From Eledone cirrhosa (taxonomy: Eukaryota), in NCBI GenBank assembly GCA_964016885.1, contig OZ024753.1, positions 17,484,001-17,548,000 of the forward strand: a stretch of 64,000 nt of DNA, in the 5' to 3' direction. The notes below the pieces were generated by a model, which saw nothing but the letters and a program-made list of their open reading frames with translations, searched no databases and was not told the origin of the DNA. Of this stretch, positions 29,047 to 42,898 are shown piece by piece (position 1 is the first letter of the stretch; each line of letters opens with the position of its first letter). Both the position numbers and the translations under genes were made by a program.

Positions 29047-29305
29047 TTCCTTTCTCAGTGTTGAACAAACGAGCAACGATGGTTGCTGAACACTACGGGA
29101 TGTTTGTTTACAAACACACCGAGCATTATAATAAATGTTCGGTGAATCCATACGTACATATATATATGTGTGCATGTATGTATATATATATATACATACT
29201 ACTGTACGTCTGTATACATATATGTATGTACGTGTACATACTTATATTTAAGTAACAGCCGTACTAAGAGTGAGAAATGAAATTTCGTTTCATTTTTTCC
29301 GTTTT

Positions 29306-29346
<41 letters not shown>

Positions 29347-29477
29347 AGAGAGAGAGAGAGAGTTATTCAAAATCCCGACCACGGTGCCAAGTGGTTTCGG
29401 ATTGTGCGTACAGCATGCTTTGAGTACTCCCATAATTAGTGGTCTCAGCCGTCTCTGCCGATTCTCTCTCTCTCTCT

Positions 29478-29660
29478 AATTATTTCTTCTTTTTTGCACA
29501 AGGCCAGGAATGATCACAGTACATTACTGGTACTTTATTTTATTGACCCCGTAAGGATGAAAGGCAAAATTTACCTCGGCGGGATTTGAACTCATACCAT
29601 AAAGGGACGTAGCTCTATGCTGCAAACCATGGCATCCGAAGTCTACTGGTACCGCCAAAC
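29478..29660 (-). mobile_element. Common ~190-bp SINE
   Basis: Reverse complement match to 11108-11298. Confidence 0.8.
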
Positions 29661-30394
29661 CGTATGAACACAGTTCCGACGACGAGTGTTTCAGTTGATG
29701 GAACAATGAAACAGCCGTCTCGTGCAATTAACAGGTAAGTGACTGAGGATTACAGAGACACGAAGACTCTTAATATAATTCTGGGAGAGATTTAGCGTGA
29801 TGTAGGGAATGACATGGCTGGAGCTTTCAATTAGAGGTACAATTCATATTTGCAAGCTGAGTGAACTAGTGTAAGGTGAAATAAAGCGTCTTGCTCAAGG
29901 ACAAAGCGTACTACTGGGAGTCGACCACCGTAACCTTTAAGCCACAACAATATAAAGACTCACAAAATATCTCTTAAATCAATACACCAACTCATGGAGT
30001 CTTCATACAAGTAGATATTTGTGGAAGAAGAATATTTATTACTTCTTCTTCTTCTTGTCGTTTTCACAAGAGTGTCAGTTACAAAACTTGGCTAGATGTG
30101 GTTCCGTTACAGCTGAATACATTGCTGTCATTTCTCATTAGATTCTGCAAAGTCCAATACTGTGCAGGGGTGTTCCAGCAGGGAGCATATCATTTATTAG
30201 TTATATCTTATAACAAACAGGAAGGGAGAAAATAATTGTTTCTACTTTAGGCACAAGGCCAGCAATTAATCAGTGCATTACTGGTACTTTATTTTATAGA
30301 CAAGGAAGGGAGAAAATAATGGGAAACAGAAAGAAGCGGAACGGTGGGGCATCATTTGCACTTCTGGCTAGGTGAAACATCTCAGTTATATCTG

Positions 30395-32510
30395 ATGGAT
30401 GGCTAGGTGATACAGCTGTTATATGCCATGGATGGCTAGGTGATACAGCTGTTATATCCCATGGATGGCTAGGTGATGCAGCTGTTATATCCCATGGATG
30501 GCTAGGTGATACAGCTGTTATATCTCATGGATGGCTAGGTGATACAGCTGTTATATGCCATGGATGGCTAGGTGATACAGCTGTTATATGCCATGGATGG
30601 CTAGGTGATACAGCTGTTATATCTCATGGATGGCTAGGTGATACAGCTGTTATATCTCATGGATGGCTAGGTGATACAGCTGTTATATCCCATGGATGGC
30701 TAGGTGATACAGCTGTTATATCTCATGGATGGCTAGGTGATACAGCTGTTATATGCCATGGATGGCTAGGTGATACAGCTGTTATATGCCATGGATGGCT
30801 AGGTGATACAGCTGTTATATCTAATTGATGGCTAGGTGATACAGCTCTTATATCCCATGGATGGCTAGGTAATAGAGCTGTTATATCCCATGGATGGCTA
30901 GGTGATACAGCTGTTATATCTCATGGATGGCTAGGTGATACAGCTGTTATATCCCATGGATGGCTAGGTGATACAGCTGTTATATCTCATGGATGGCTAG
31001 GTGATACAGCTGTTATATGCCATGGATGGCTAGGTGATACAGCTGTTATATGCCATGGATGGCTAGGTGATACAGCTGTTATATGCCATGGATGGCTAGG
31101 TGATACAGCTGTTATATCTCATGGATGGCTAGGTGATACAGCTGTTATATCTAATTGATGGCTAGGTGATACAGCTGTTATATCTCATGGATGGCTAGGT
31201 GATACAGCTGTTATATCTCATGGATGGCTAGGTGATACAGCTGTTATATGCCATGGATGGCTAGGTGATACAGCTGTTATATGCCATGGATGGCTAGGTG
31301 ATACAGCTGTTATATGCCATGGATGGCTAGGTGATACAGCTGTTATATCTCATGGATGGCTAGGTGATACAGCTGTTATATCTAATTGATGGCTAGGTGA
31401 TACAGCTGTTATATCTCATGGATGGCTAGGTGATACAGCTGTTATATCTCATGGATGGCTAGGTGATACAGCTGTTATATCCCATGGATGGCTAGGTGAT
31501 ACAGCTGTTATATCTAATTGATGGCTAGGTGATACAGCTGTTATATCCCATGGATGGCTAGGTGATACAGCTGTTATATCTAATTGATGGCTAGGTGATA
31601 CAGCTGTTATATCCCATGGATGGCTAGGTAATAGAGCTGTTATATCTCATGGATGGCTAGGTGATACAGCTGTTATATCCCATGGATGGCTAGGTGATAC
31701 AGCTATTATATCTCATTGATGGCTAGGTGATACAGCTGTTACATCTCATGGATGGCTAGGTGATACAGCTGTTATATCTCATGGATGGCTAGGTGATACA
31801 GCTGTTATATCTCATGGATGGCTAGGTGATACAGCTGTTATATCCCATGGATGGCTAGGTAATAGAGCTGTTATATCCCATGGATGGCTAGGCGATACAG
31901 CTGTTATATCTCATGGATGGCTAGGTAATAGAGCTGTTATATCCCATGGATGGCTAGGTGATACAGCTGTTATATCTCATGGATGGCTAGGTGATACAGC
32001 TGTTATATCCCATGGATGGCTAGGTGATACAGCTGGTATATCTCATGGATGGCTAGGTAATAGAGCTGTTATATCCCATGGATGGCTAGGTGATACAGCT
32101 GTTATATCTAATTGATGGCTAGGTGATACAGCTGTTATATCCCATGGATGGCTAGGTGATACAGCTGTTATATCTCATGGATGGCTAGGTAATAGAGCTG
32201 TTATATCTCATGGATGGCTAGGTGATACAGCTGTTATATCTCATGGATGGCTAGGTGATACAGCTGTTATATCTAATTGATGGCTAGGTGATACAGCTGT
32301 TATATCCCATGGATGGCTAGGTAATAGAGCTGTTATATCCCATGGATGGCTAGGTGATACAGCTGTTATATCCCATGGATGGCTAGGTGATACAGCTATT
32401 ATATCTCATGGATGGCTAGGTGATACAGCTGTTATATCCCATGGATGGCTAGGTGATACAGCTGTTATATCTCATTGATGGCTAGGTGATACAGCTGTTA
32501 TATCTCATGG
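30395..32510. repeat. 33-bp minisatellite, ~64 copies
   Basis: Unit atggatggctaggtgatacagctgttatat(ct/cc/gc)c. Confidence 0.97.
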
Positions 32511-34019
32511 ACAACTTGACTAAAACATTGCCGTGGAGAGCAGCCAGTGACACTCGCTACTTCAGCCACGTCCCTCTCGATATGTGATAGACGGAGGATA
32601 CAGGAGGTGGTAATGGCGGCCGGCCGGTTCGGAAGTGGCCGTATTAATCCCGCTATTTAGTTAACTATATATCATTCTGATGTTTTATAGGAAACTAGAT
32701 ATGTCGGCCACATTTCCACCGTGAATGCAAAAGTCTTTTTACCAAAACTTTTGTAATGTACTTTGGACAAGATGTATACAAATCCTAGAATAAAGAGGAA
32801 GAATATAGTTAGAAACAACCTTAGAAGGTTGGCCTGCTTAACAATGATTTTTTATTAGGGAACCAATGCAATCATGAGGACGGTTTGACTATGAGTCCTG
32901 CACATGGGTCCACATTCGCTACTTTCCGTATGAGTAGCGAGAGAAATAAGATTATTCCTAGACATAAACACATCATATATACTTGGTGTATTGATGGCGT
33001 ATCTACCGGGATTGAGGCCGACTGTCAGGCAGTTGGATTGCAAAGAACTCGAAAGTACTTCCTGCTTTAAAGTACCCGCAAAGTTTAGACATAAGTTTAA
33101 ACCAAAACATAACCCTAATGTGATTAAAGAATTGGCTGTATGTCTATATCTGTCTCTCTGTCTGTCTATAGAACGCACACATACACACGTACACACACAC
33201 ACACACGCACTCACACATGCATGTACACACACTCACACTCTAACACGTGCATGCGTACCACGCACACACTTACGCACTCACACATGCATGCAAACACACA
33301 CAAACATACACGTGTGTGTGTGTGTGTGTGTGTGAATCTGTGTCTTTCCATAGGAAACTGATTGAATACAATTGTGGTACTGTTTAACATTTTTTATTAT
33401 ATGGTATTTTATTATAGGACCTGATATTTAGCTTGGAAAAATATCTTTTCTAAATCTATTTATATTCTGTAAATCGAAGTTCTAAATCAAACATCATTGT
33501 AGTCTTTAGCTATGTTCTATATAATGTAATCTAACATTATGTAAGCCTACGAAGATTTCAGGCGACTGATATTGATAAATAGAAATGGAATATATCTAAA
33601 ACTATCGAATCCTATTGTAACTCAAACATAATTGTAGGAATCTTGTGCCAAGAATACATGTATTATTCATTTGCAAATCTGGTAATATTTTATTTTTGAA
33701 TTCTTCATATATAATATATTGGAAAATAATAATGATATATCATCGTGATGGTAACGAAACATTTTTGGCACAAAAGTAAATTTATTTCTGGAAGATATAT
33801 TCGAATTATGAATTTCATTGTGGACTTGCTCTTCCACATACACTTGGTTAGCTCGTAATAGTGTTCTTTATTTTAGTAAATCAATTCTATTATCAAATAA
33901 AGTTGCATTACTGCATGGCTGTTAGATAGAATCACTTGCAGAATACAATGGTTTATTCCTATAAACATCTGGATAATATTGTGGTGTGCGTTTATATAAC
34001 AATATATGTGGTGAGAACT

Positions 34020-35280
34020 ATTAAACTATATACAATAAGAGGTCTATATAACTATATATATAGTGAGAGATCTATATAACAATATATATAGTGAGAGGTC
34101 TATATAACTATATAGTGAGAGGTCTATATAACTACATATATATAGTGAGAGGTCTATAAAACTACATATATGTAGTGAGAGGTCTATATAACTACATATA
34201 TATAGTGAGAGGTCTATATAACTATATATATTGTGAGAGGTCCATATAACTATATAGTGAGAGGTCTATATAACTATATATATAGTGAGAGGTTTATATA
34301 ACTATATAGTGAGAGGTCTATATAACTATATAGTGAGAGGTCTATATAACTATATAGTGAGAGGTCTATATAACTATATATAGTGAGAGGTCTATATAAC
34401 TATATAGTGAGAGGTCTATATAACTATATAGTGAGAGGTCTATATAACTATATATAGTGAGAGGTCTATATAACTATATAGTGAGAGGTCTATATAACTA
34501 TATAGTGAGAGGTCTATATAACTATATAGTGAGAAGTCTATATAACTATATAGTGAGAGGTCTATATAAATATGTAGTGAGAGTTCTATATAACTATATA
34601 TATATAGTGAGAGGTCTATATAACTATATATATAGTGAGAGGTCTATCTAAGTATATATTGAGAGGTCTATATAAGTATATATTGAGAGGTCTATATAAC
34701 TATATAATGAAAGGTCTATATAACTATATAGTGCGAGGTCTATATAACTATATAGTACGAGGTCTATATAACTATGTAGTGAGAGGTCTATATTACTATA
34801 TAGTGTGAGGTCTATATAACTATATAGTGTGAGGTCTATATAACTATATATATTGTGAGAGGTCTATATAACTATATAGTGAGAGGTCTATCTAAGTATA
34901 TATTGAGAGGTCTATATAACTATATAATGAAAGGTCTATATAACTATATAGTGCGAGGTCTATATAACTATATAGTGCGAGGTCTATATAACTATATAGT
35001 ACGAGGTCTATATAACTATATAGTGAGAGGTCTATATAACTATGTAGTGAGAGGTCTATATAACTATATAGTGTGAGGTCTATATAACTATATATATAGT
35101 GAGAGGTCTATATAACTATATATATTGTGAGAGGTCTATATAACTATATAGTGAGAGGTTTATATAACTATATTGTGAGAGGTCTATATAACTATATATT
35201 GTGAGAGGTCTATATAACTATATAGTGAGAGGTCTATATAACTATATAGTGAGAGGTCTATATAACTATATATTGAGAGG

Positions 35281-35282
<2 letters not shown>
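34020..35282. repeat. ~24-bp minisatellite, ~50 copies
   Basis: Unit gtgagaggtctatataactatata with variable TA number. Confidence 0.97.
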
Positions 35283-35314
<32 letters not shown>

Positions 35315-35682
35315 GTTTGTGTGTGTATCTAATGTGTATTTTTGATATGCTTAAGTGTGTGTATTAGTTTCTGTTTTATGTCCATGTGTTTATGCTAATG
35401 TATAACTACGTGTGGATGGGTGTACGTATATGTATTTATGTATGTGTCTGTGTGGATGAGTGTATGTGTGTGTACGTGTATTTATTTATGCGTATGTGTT
35501 TGGGTGGGTGTGCGAATATTTGTTTGATTGTACGTGTGTGTGTACGTGTATTCATGTTTGTTTGAATATGTGTGTTAGTGCACGTGTATCTATGTGTGTG
35601 TGCGTGTGGATGTATGTCCAATTAATTGTGAGTGCGCGTATATTTATATTTGTATGTCTGTGTGTGTATGTGTGTGTGTACG

Positions 35683-35741
<59 letters not shown>

Positions 35742-36304
35742 GTCTGTGTGTATGCATGTGAGAGCATCTGTGGTGTGTGCGGGCATATATATTTGTGTGT
35801 ATGTGCGTATTACTTTTTGTTTATATATCTATGTGTTTATGCTAATATTTGCCTATGTGTTGGTATATTTTTGTGAGTATAATCTGTGTGTACGGGTATA
35901 TATATATATATATATATATATATTCGTCTGTGTGTGTGCATGTGAGAGCATGTGTGTGCGGGTATATATATTTGTGTGTATGTGTGTATTACTTTTTGTT
36001 TATATATCTGTGTTACGCTAATATTTGCCTATGTGTTGGTATATTTTTGTGAGTATAATCTTGTGTGTCTGTTATAACATTTTAAAGTAAATTTAAGGAG
36101 GAAATAAACTGGATAATGTGAATTTTATATTTGTCTGGGACAATCTCCAAATTTGGTTGAATCACAACAAATTGTGTTGTTGTTGTCTCCTCTTTCTGAT
36201 ATCTACAACAATATTTTCATCAGTTTAAAATAAATAATCATTTAACTTAGTCTTTGATCGAAACTAACTTAATTATCAATTCATTACCCTTTTAACACAC
36301 ATAG

Positions 36305-36957
36305 GCATACATGGACATACATACATACATACATACATACATACATACGTATGATCATATATACGTACATAGATACATACATACGTACGTATGATCATAT
36401 ATACGTAAATACGTATTTACATTTATACGTACATACATACACGCATACGTATGTAAATATGTACGTATATATGTACATACGTATGCATGTATGTATGTAC
36501 GTATAAATGTTAATACGTATTTACGTATATATGATATATACGTACATACGTATGTATACACGTACATACGTATGTATACACGTACATACGTACATACATA
36601 CATGCATACGTATGTACATATATACATACATACATATGTACATATATACGTACATACATATGTACATATATACGTACATACGTATGTATATACGTACATA
36701 CGTACGTATATACATACGTACATACATACATACGTACGAACGTATATACGTACGTACATACGTACATACGTACGTACATACGTACGTACATACGTACGTA
36801 CATACATAAGTACGTACGTAAGTACATACAAATGTACGTACATACATATGTACGTACATACATACATAAGTACACCCGTACGTACATACAAACTTACATA
36901 CGTACATGTGTACATACATACATCCGTTCACACAGACGTACATATATACGCATATTC

Positions 36958-37000
<43 letters not shown>

Positions 37001-37010
37001 CACACACACT
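36305..37010. repeat. (TACA)n/(TACG)n/(CA)n compound microsatellite
   Basis: Direct inspection. Confidence 0.9.
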
Positions 37011-37263
37011 TCTTCCGCTGTATAAATTTAGGATTTATAAAATAGCATAGGTTTTACTGTTATAGATGTCCATAAATTGTAAACACGTAAATTAGGAACA
37101 TTTAATAGCCATCGATGTACATAAATCGAAGTTTCCTTTGATAGATTTCTAAAGTTAAATACATAAATTAAATTAGATAACACAGATAACATAAACCTAA
37201 TTGTCTTCTGAACAATAAACATCAACATACATTCTATCTCCTACAGTGTTAAGTATATATATT

Positions 37264-37294
<31 letters not shown>

Positions 37295-37490
37295 GTGTAT
37301 ATATATATAAGTAGTCCAAATAACAGTTAATTCACAATTTCCGAGAACAATTTGCTTCTCCTAAGATGCCTCATCAGCTCGGTTATTAACTGTTGTGGAA
37401 CTACTTCTACCAAACTCGTCCTATGGACTGAGTGCTCTACTACTACGGATATTACCCATCAGTGTTCTTATATATATATATATATATATA

Positions 37491-37872
37491 TAGGAGGAGG
37501 TTATAGTTCACTTGAAGCATTCTGTAATGAGGTATAAACGTTTGAATATGTATAATAAAGCCAAAACAATGCAGGTATGGACATAGAAAAAAGAATGCAA
37601 TTGCAAAAGATATTGTTGACAAATCGTCTTTTACCTTAGATTTATTTAAATGTCCTTAATTTTCGAAATAATATCTCTTCTTCAGAGGGAAATAAAGGTC
37701 TCAAACCAGCCTTCTAAATATTTTGCCAAGCCATGAGATATTATCTCGAAAATTAAGGACATTTAAATAAATCTAAGGTAAAAGACGATTTGTCAACAAT
37801 ATCTTTTGCAATTGCATTCTTTTTTCTATGTCCATACCTGCATTGTTTTGTCTTTATTATACATATTCAAAC

Positions 37873-37880
<8 letters not shown>
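37491..37880. mobile_element. Inverted-repeat mini-element with hammerhead (family I)
   Basis: Arms 37532-37677 and 37735-37880. Minus-strand hammerhead at 37653-37690: ccct-CTGAAGA-agagat att atttc-GAAA-at-TA-agg. ~40-nt extension on one arm; flanked by (TA)n. Confidence 0.7.
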
Positions 37881-37905
<25 letters not shown>

Positions 37906-37908
<3 letters not shown>

Positions 37909-38100
37909 CGAAGGAAATGTGGTAAGGAACCAGGTGGACCATAACGCACCAAAGTACTCAATACTTAGGGTAGTAGAGTGGGTAATAGGAACAAGTAAGA
38001 CCCCGACGGCTGAGCTCAAGCCGTTTCGACGGCTAATTCTGTACTGAATTAGCCGTCGAAACGACTTGAGCTCAGCCGTCGGGGTCTTACTTGTTCCTAT
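37906..38100 (-). mobile_element. Family A mini-element (fold-back hairpin plus tail)
   Basis: 55-bp arms 37985-38039 and 38046-38100; tail homologous to 57097-57147; flanked by (TA)n. Confidence 0.8.
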
Positions 38101-38121
38101 ATATATATATATATATATATG

Positions 38122-38715
38122 TGATGGCTGCAAACTCTGCTAAGAGTATTGCAATCGCTCGTCAAATTTAGATGTGTGATGCTAGGATATGACTTTTCAT
38201 GCCTGTTAGAGACTTACATTCGTTCGCAGATTGACGACAACTATGTATCTCCCTGGCCTGAGGTTCTGCATTAGGTTGTCTGTGAACCTTCACAATACTG
38301 TGGAGATCATAGTTCACTGGTTCTCTTTGAACATGGCTGCGACTATGGCTCCTGAGACCAGATTTTCTCAAGCAAATCTTTCCACACTCATGGCACTTCA
38401 ATTCAATGGCGACACCGATCGTTTTGAGAGATACACCAGGGCATTGATTACGCACATCCCGTTTGACCTTCTCGTGCTCTATGAGTCTGTGCTCAAAATT
38501 ATGGACTCCATCATTCGCCATTACACACCAAGTTTCTATCTCCCACTCAGCCACCATCAAACCAGTTTTCTTCAATGAGTCCTTTACACAATCCTTGAAT
38601 CGGAGCCTTGGGTTGTGGGTTGGTCTCTTACACTTACAAAGCTCCCCATACAAAAGTTGTTTTGGGATTCGATCATCCTCCATTCTGCAGAGGTGTCCGG
38701 TTCATTGCAAGCGCC

Positions 38716-38716
<1 letters not shown>
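38122..38716 (-). pseudogene. RTE-clade LINE 3' fragment (ORF C-terminus with zinc finger)
   Basis: RMEDDRIPKQLLYGEL..KR..PRLRFKD and CHECGKICLRKSGLRSHSRSH, typical of RTE/BovB C-termini. Confidence 0.85.
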
Positions 38717-38767
<51 letters not shown>

Positions 38768-39302
38768 ACATCGTTTACGACGCTTGAATAATGTCGACGC
38801 TTGCATATTGTTGAAGTTTACATACTGTCAACGCTTGTGGATGCCTGCATATTGTTGACACTTGCCATATTGTTGACACTTGCATACTGTCGAAGCTTGC
38901 CGAAATACTGTTGAATTCCAAAGTACTACAAAAATCAGTAACGAAATATCATCATGATTCCTCATACATTCTTTAAGCCGAGCCAATGTAGCGGAAGTCT
39001 ACATGCAATAAATCGTCGTGATAAAAACATCAGCAACGCTTGCTTTACGTTACATAATGCGAAGGAAATATTTGGTAATATATGTCTAGATAACATTAAA
39101 AGACTGAATGGTGAGGATTAGGATTCCTCTGATAATATATTCAGTTCTGACTTACAGCTAGACAATAAGAATGATTTAATAGTATATTTTACAACGAACA
39201 AAACATTTGTGAAATCACTTTTTGTACTTTCCAATCTATCTTACTGTACTATGGTTTCTCCTAATTTTCTACAATCTTTCTCTCTCTCTCCCTCTCTCTC
39301 TC

Positions 39303-39361
<59 letters not shown>

Positions 39362-39364
39362 TAT

Positions 39365-39408
<44 letters not shown>

Positions 39409-39627
39409 TATATATATATACTCATATATATATATATATATATACATACATACATGTGTATACACACACATATATATATATATGCATACATACACATACA
39501 TACAAATATATGCATACATACACATACATACAAATATATGCATACATACAAATACATACAAATACATACATACATATACATACTTACAAATATACACATA
39601 CATATACATACTTAAAATACACACACT

Positions 39628-39667
<40 letters not shown>

Positions 39668-39800
39668 TACATACACATACATACAAATACATACATACAA
39701 ATATATACATACATATACATACATACAAATATACACATACATATACATACTTACAAATGCACACACTCATACACACATATATATATTTTTAATATAGAAA

Positions 39801-39853
39801 AGGCTTCTACAGGACTAGAACTGTTTCATTCGCGAGCAATCATCAGGAAGCCT
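39801..39853 (-). ncRNA. Type I hammerhead ribozyme (family D)
   Basis: Minus strand: aggcttc-CTGATGA-ttgctcgcgaat-GAAA-cag[ttctagtc]ctg-TA-gaagcct; stem I covaries with the 1225 copy. Confidence 0.8.
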
Positions 39854-40458
39854 ACTGTCCAAGTAATATGGTGGTATTTATATATTTTCCGGTGGTAGGA
39901 GAGGGTGGTGATTGGGATGGGTGGAGGTCATTGGTTGATGGGTTTAAAGAAAAGGGAATTCTTTAAAAACTATATTCAGAGTAACAAAGGCAGAAAGAAT
40001 TCTATAGACAAGTTCACACTTGGGGTGCCCCTCGTGATTTTTAAGGTTCACCTAAGCTAACAATGGCTATGGTCAGGTGTCTACAAGCACATTCACACAC
40101 ACACACACACATATATAAGACCTCACTCCCACACACTCGCAAAAACACACACTCATATACTTATATATATATATATAACCCCCCCCAAAAAAAAACACAC
40201 ACACTCTCAAGCGTGAAACTAAAAACCATATCATTTGTACTGCCTCTCTGTTTTTTGTTCTCTGTTTATTTTTTAAACTATATATATATATATATATTAA
40301 AATAACAGATTAAAGTTTAAGCAAAGAGTCGCTGCTTTCACCCTTAACGGGATCTTCTGAAACTAAAGAATCAATCTGTGAACGCAGAAATAAATATTTC
40401 GAAAGACGTTGCAACACAAGGAAAACAGGAAGATGATACTTTGGTTCATATACATATG

Positions 40459-40514
<56 letters not shown>

Positions 40515-40740
40515 CATACAAACTACCTACATACACACATACATATATATATATATATAGAAGTTATATTTAATTTGTTGGGATACAACAAGCAAATATT
40601 TTTATAACTCATATAAAGCACTCAACAAATTATTGGAGTAAAAATACAATATATTAATTAACTATCCGGGAGCTTCCAACAGAAATGGTCGCATTCTTTA
40701 AGGGTATGTCAATATTTATTCATAAAACTGATCTATATTA

Positions 40741-40805
40741 TATTTTATCTGATGAAAGTGCACCATAATATGCCTTGGTATCCTTGAAATATGTATAATG
40801 AAATA
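40741..40805 (+). ncRNA. Type I hammerhead ribozyme (family B)
   Basis: tattttat-CTGATGA-aagtgcacca..tggtatcctt-GAAA-tatgta-TA-atgaaata; inverted tail at 40558-40660. Confidence 0.7.
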
Positions 40806-40849
40806 AATATGGTTTTATAAATATAGTTTCCATTTGTTAATATATTGTG

Positions 40850-40966
<117 letters not shown>

Positions 40967-41619
40967 GTATATATATTTAAATATATGGAGAATAGGATGG
41001 CTGTGTAGTTTCTAGTAAAGTTATGCTTAAAAATGGTACGAGAATCCATTTTTAAGCTTAACTTTATTATAAACTACACAGTCATTCTATTCTCCATATA
41101 CTTTACCATGTTTCACTGTGACCCATCTTCTCTCTCCCTCTACCTACCTATTTCGTTACTATCTGCTCTTCCCTCTCTTTCTTCTTCTCCCTTTCTACAT
41201 CTCACTTTCACACACCCTCTCTCTCCTTGCCACCTCATTGTCTCCATCGCCTGACCCTCTAGCAGTCTTTTTCTCACATACACTCGCTGGGGCCAGTCGC
41301 GTCTTTTTTCGTTCGATCACATGCTCTTGAACTTATGTTCTGTTGCCGCTGTGGTCTTGGATTCTCTGCCTTCAGTTGCTGCACGTTCTTCGGTTTGTTG
41401 TTGTTTTCGCTATTTCCCCTTTTCCTTTCTATTTTCCTTCCCTCCCTCCTCCGTTTTCCCAATAACTTACCCAGTTATTGAACGCTCTGGATGGTAGATA
41501 TATTGTCTTGAAAGCATTGAAATATCCGAGACCCCGGTAGACAACTGATGAGGAAAACTCCCCCCCCCCCGTTCTTGCTTTCTTATTCTCATTCCATTTT
41601 TAAGCTTATATATATATAC

Positions 41620-41662
<43 letters not shown>

Positions 41663-41673
41663 AATAAACACAC

Positions 41674-41730
<57 letters not shown>

Positions 41731-41770
41731 GATATTAAATAAATGGAAACTATATTTATAAAACCATATT

Positions 41771-41836
41771 TATTTCATTATATATATTTCAGGGATATCA
41801 TATTAAAAATATGGTATGCCTTCATCAGACAAAATA
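41771..41836 (-). ncRNA. Type I hammerhead ribozyme (family B)
   Basis: Minus strand: tattttgt-CTGATGA-aggcataccatatt..aatatgatatccct-GAAA-tatata-TA-atgaaata; inverted element 41730-42035. Confidence 0.75.
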
Positions 41837-42239
41837 CAATATAAACAGTCTTATAAATAGATAGATTTGACATACCTTACAACTTCAACTTCCATTTAAA
41901 AAGTTGATTTGGTTTTATAAATATAGTTTCCATTTATTTAATATCGTAAATATACTCCAAATACTTGTTGAGTGCTTTTATATCAGTTATAAATATTTAC
42001 TCGTTGTAACCCAACAATTTAAATAAAACTTTGCATATATATATATATATATATTTACACATACATACCACATATATTATAAAGAATCAGGACCCGACGC
42101 CTGGGCTCTTGCCGCTTCAACAATATATACATGCGCGTCTGAGGAAGGCCGTTACCAGTTATTAAAAGGTTCGTATTTTTGAGAGTGGCCTTTTAAATCT
42201 ACCCCGAATATTACATAACGTTTACCAGAAGTAACAAAT

Positions 42240-42417
42240 AATTGTTTCTACTTTTGGCACAAGGCCAACAATTACCCAGTGCGTTACTGGTACTTTATTT
42301 TATCGACCCCGTAAGGATGAAAGGCAAAGTTAACATCGGCGGGATTTGAATTCAGAATGGCAAGGGCTGTAACTCTATGCGTCAAAGCATGGCTTCCGAC
42401 CCTCTACCGATACTGCC
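42240..42417 (-). mobile_element. Common ~190-bp SINE
   Basis: Reverse complement match to 11108-11298. Confidence 0.85.
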
Positions 42418-42564
42418 TGTGGCAACAAATAATATACAGAAGTAGAGTCTAACCCACCAAAATATGTTCAAACCTCTCCACATGTACTGCACGTTACAGA
42501 AACGATTCTGGCTATATGAGTGTGATGGTGAGTAGGAGATAAGGCTTCGACAAGACTTCAACAT

Positions 42565-42898
42565 ACGAACGTCGGCTACAAGGGTCATAGGCTGACCAAG
42601 ATACTCTCATGGAATGACCAAATGAGATTTATATTTCAACATTGCCCCCGGAAGAAACAATGCAGTTATTAGTAAGAAGAGTTGAAATTAATGAAAGCAA
42701 GATTTCACAGCTCTAGCATCACTCCTTCATAGGTTGACCAAGATACTCTCATGGAATGACCAAATGAGGTATATTTTTCAACATTGTCCCCGGAAGAAAC
42801 AATGCAGTTATTAATAAGAAGAGTTGAAATGCAAGATTTTACAGCACTAGCAACACTCCTTCGTTGTCAGTCCATGAACTTTTCAGACCACCGTTGTA
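42565..42898. mobile_element. Tc1/mariner-type MITE with ~140-bp internal duplication
   Basis: Same family as 9458-9652; TA at both ends. Confidence 0.65.

Larger units (their letters stand above)
28403..29302. mobile_element. Family E retrozyme-like element: ~1.2 monomers on the minus strand joined to an inverted monomer on the plus strand
   Basis: ~420-bp period (28403 vs 28823); strand switch at ~28905; one hammerhead per monomer; flanked by (TA)n. Confidence 0.8.

Noticed and set aside
30395-32510. Coding 11-aa tandem repeat
   Set aside because: Frequent stop codons; no ORF in the track
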